From the IMG/VR virus record IMGVR_UViG_3300013296_000013, positions 29,312-93,311 of that record: DNA of 64,000 nucleotides. One strand, written 5' to 3'. The translations under genes and the position numbers were made by a program. The notes under the pieces were generated by a model. It saw only the letters and a program-made list of their open reading frames with translations. It made no database searches and was not told the DNA's origin. This document shows positions 63,821 to 64,000 of the stretch, piece by piece. The DNA is from a virus. Taxonomy: Duplodnaviria; Caudoviricetes. Numbering within the stretch: position 1 is the stretch's first letter; every line of letters starts with the position of its first letter.

Positions 63821-64000
63821 CGTTGTTGCCTTTCCTTGTTGAGGGGATTGGTACAACGCTCACATCGTGTGTGCTCTCAGCTAGCTATCAAATAGCTACC
63901 TTATCCGTTATCCTCTTCAGGAGTTGGGATGAGAACATACGTGACGTTTTCAATTTTAAATGAACGCCATTCGCTCTTGTCGAGATCCCAAACGCTTAAG

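Overview
This window is part of a large T4-like myophage genome, probably infecting an alphaproteobacterium such as a Sphingomonadaceae or Caulobacteraceae member. The host call rests on a permuted two-piece tmRNA with an ANDN...ALAA tag and a PEPxxWA-CTERM gene. Layout: (1) 1-6.5 kb, + strand accessory genes: acyl carrier protein, macrodomain, NADAR, MazG-like protein, four paralogues of a W..ALRSG.Y...CCLGVLC family, a nadE remnant and micro membrane peptides. (2) 6.7-18.7 kb, a - strand early region in which almost every gene or gene pair has its own GTT(G/T)AC..TA(T/G)(A/T)AT promoter; it also holds two structured non-coding RNAs and a PEP-CTERM gene. (3) 19-23.7 kb, + strand accessory genes. 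(4) 23.7-38 kb, tail fibre, baseplate and ligase block (gp30, gp25, split gp5, gp27-like, gp53, gp48, gp4, gp2, gp54-like, gp26, gp51, gp29-position protein). (5) 38-64 kb, almost entirely - strand: gp32, NAD salvage nadM-Nudix and nadV, gp59, gp33, tRNA-Arg, tmRNA, EF-Ts fragment, PhoH, RNase H, glycosyltransferase, SpeD, DexA, RlpA. Two observations stand out. First, a GIY-YIG endonuclease gene fills the excised intervening segment of the permuted tmRNA. Second, a covarying two-hairpin RNA motif with the Shine-Dalgarno in a loop is repeated in front of both NAD salvage genes. All calls come from reading motifs by eye; no searches were run.
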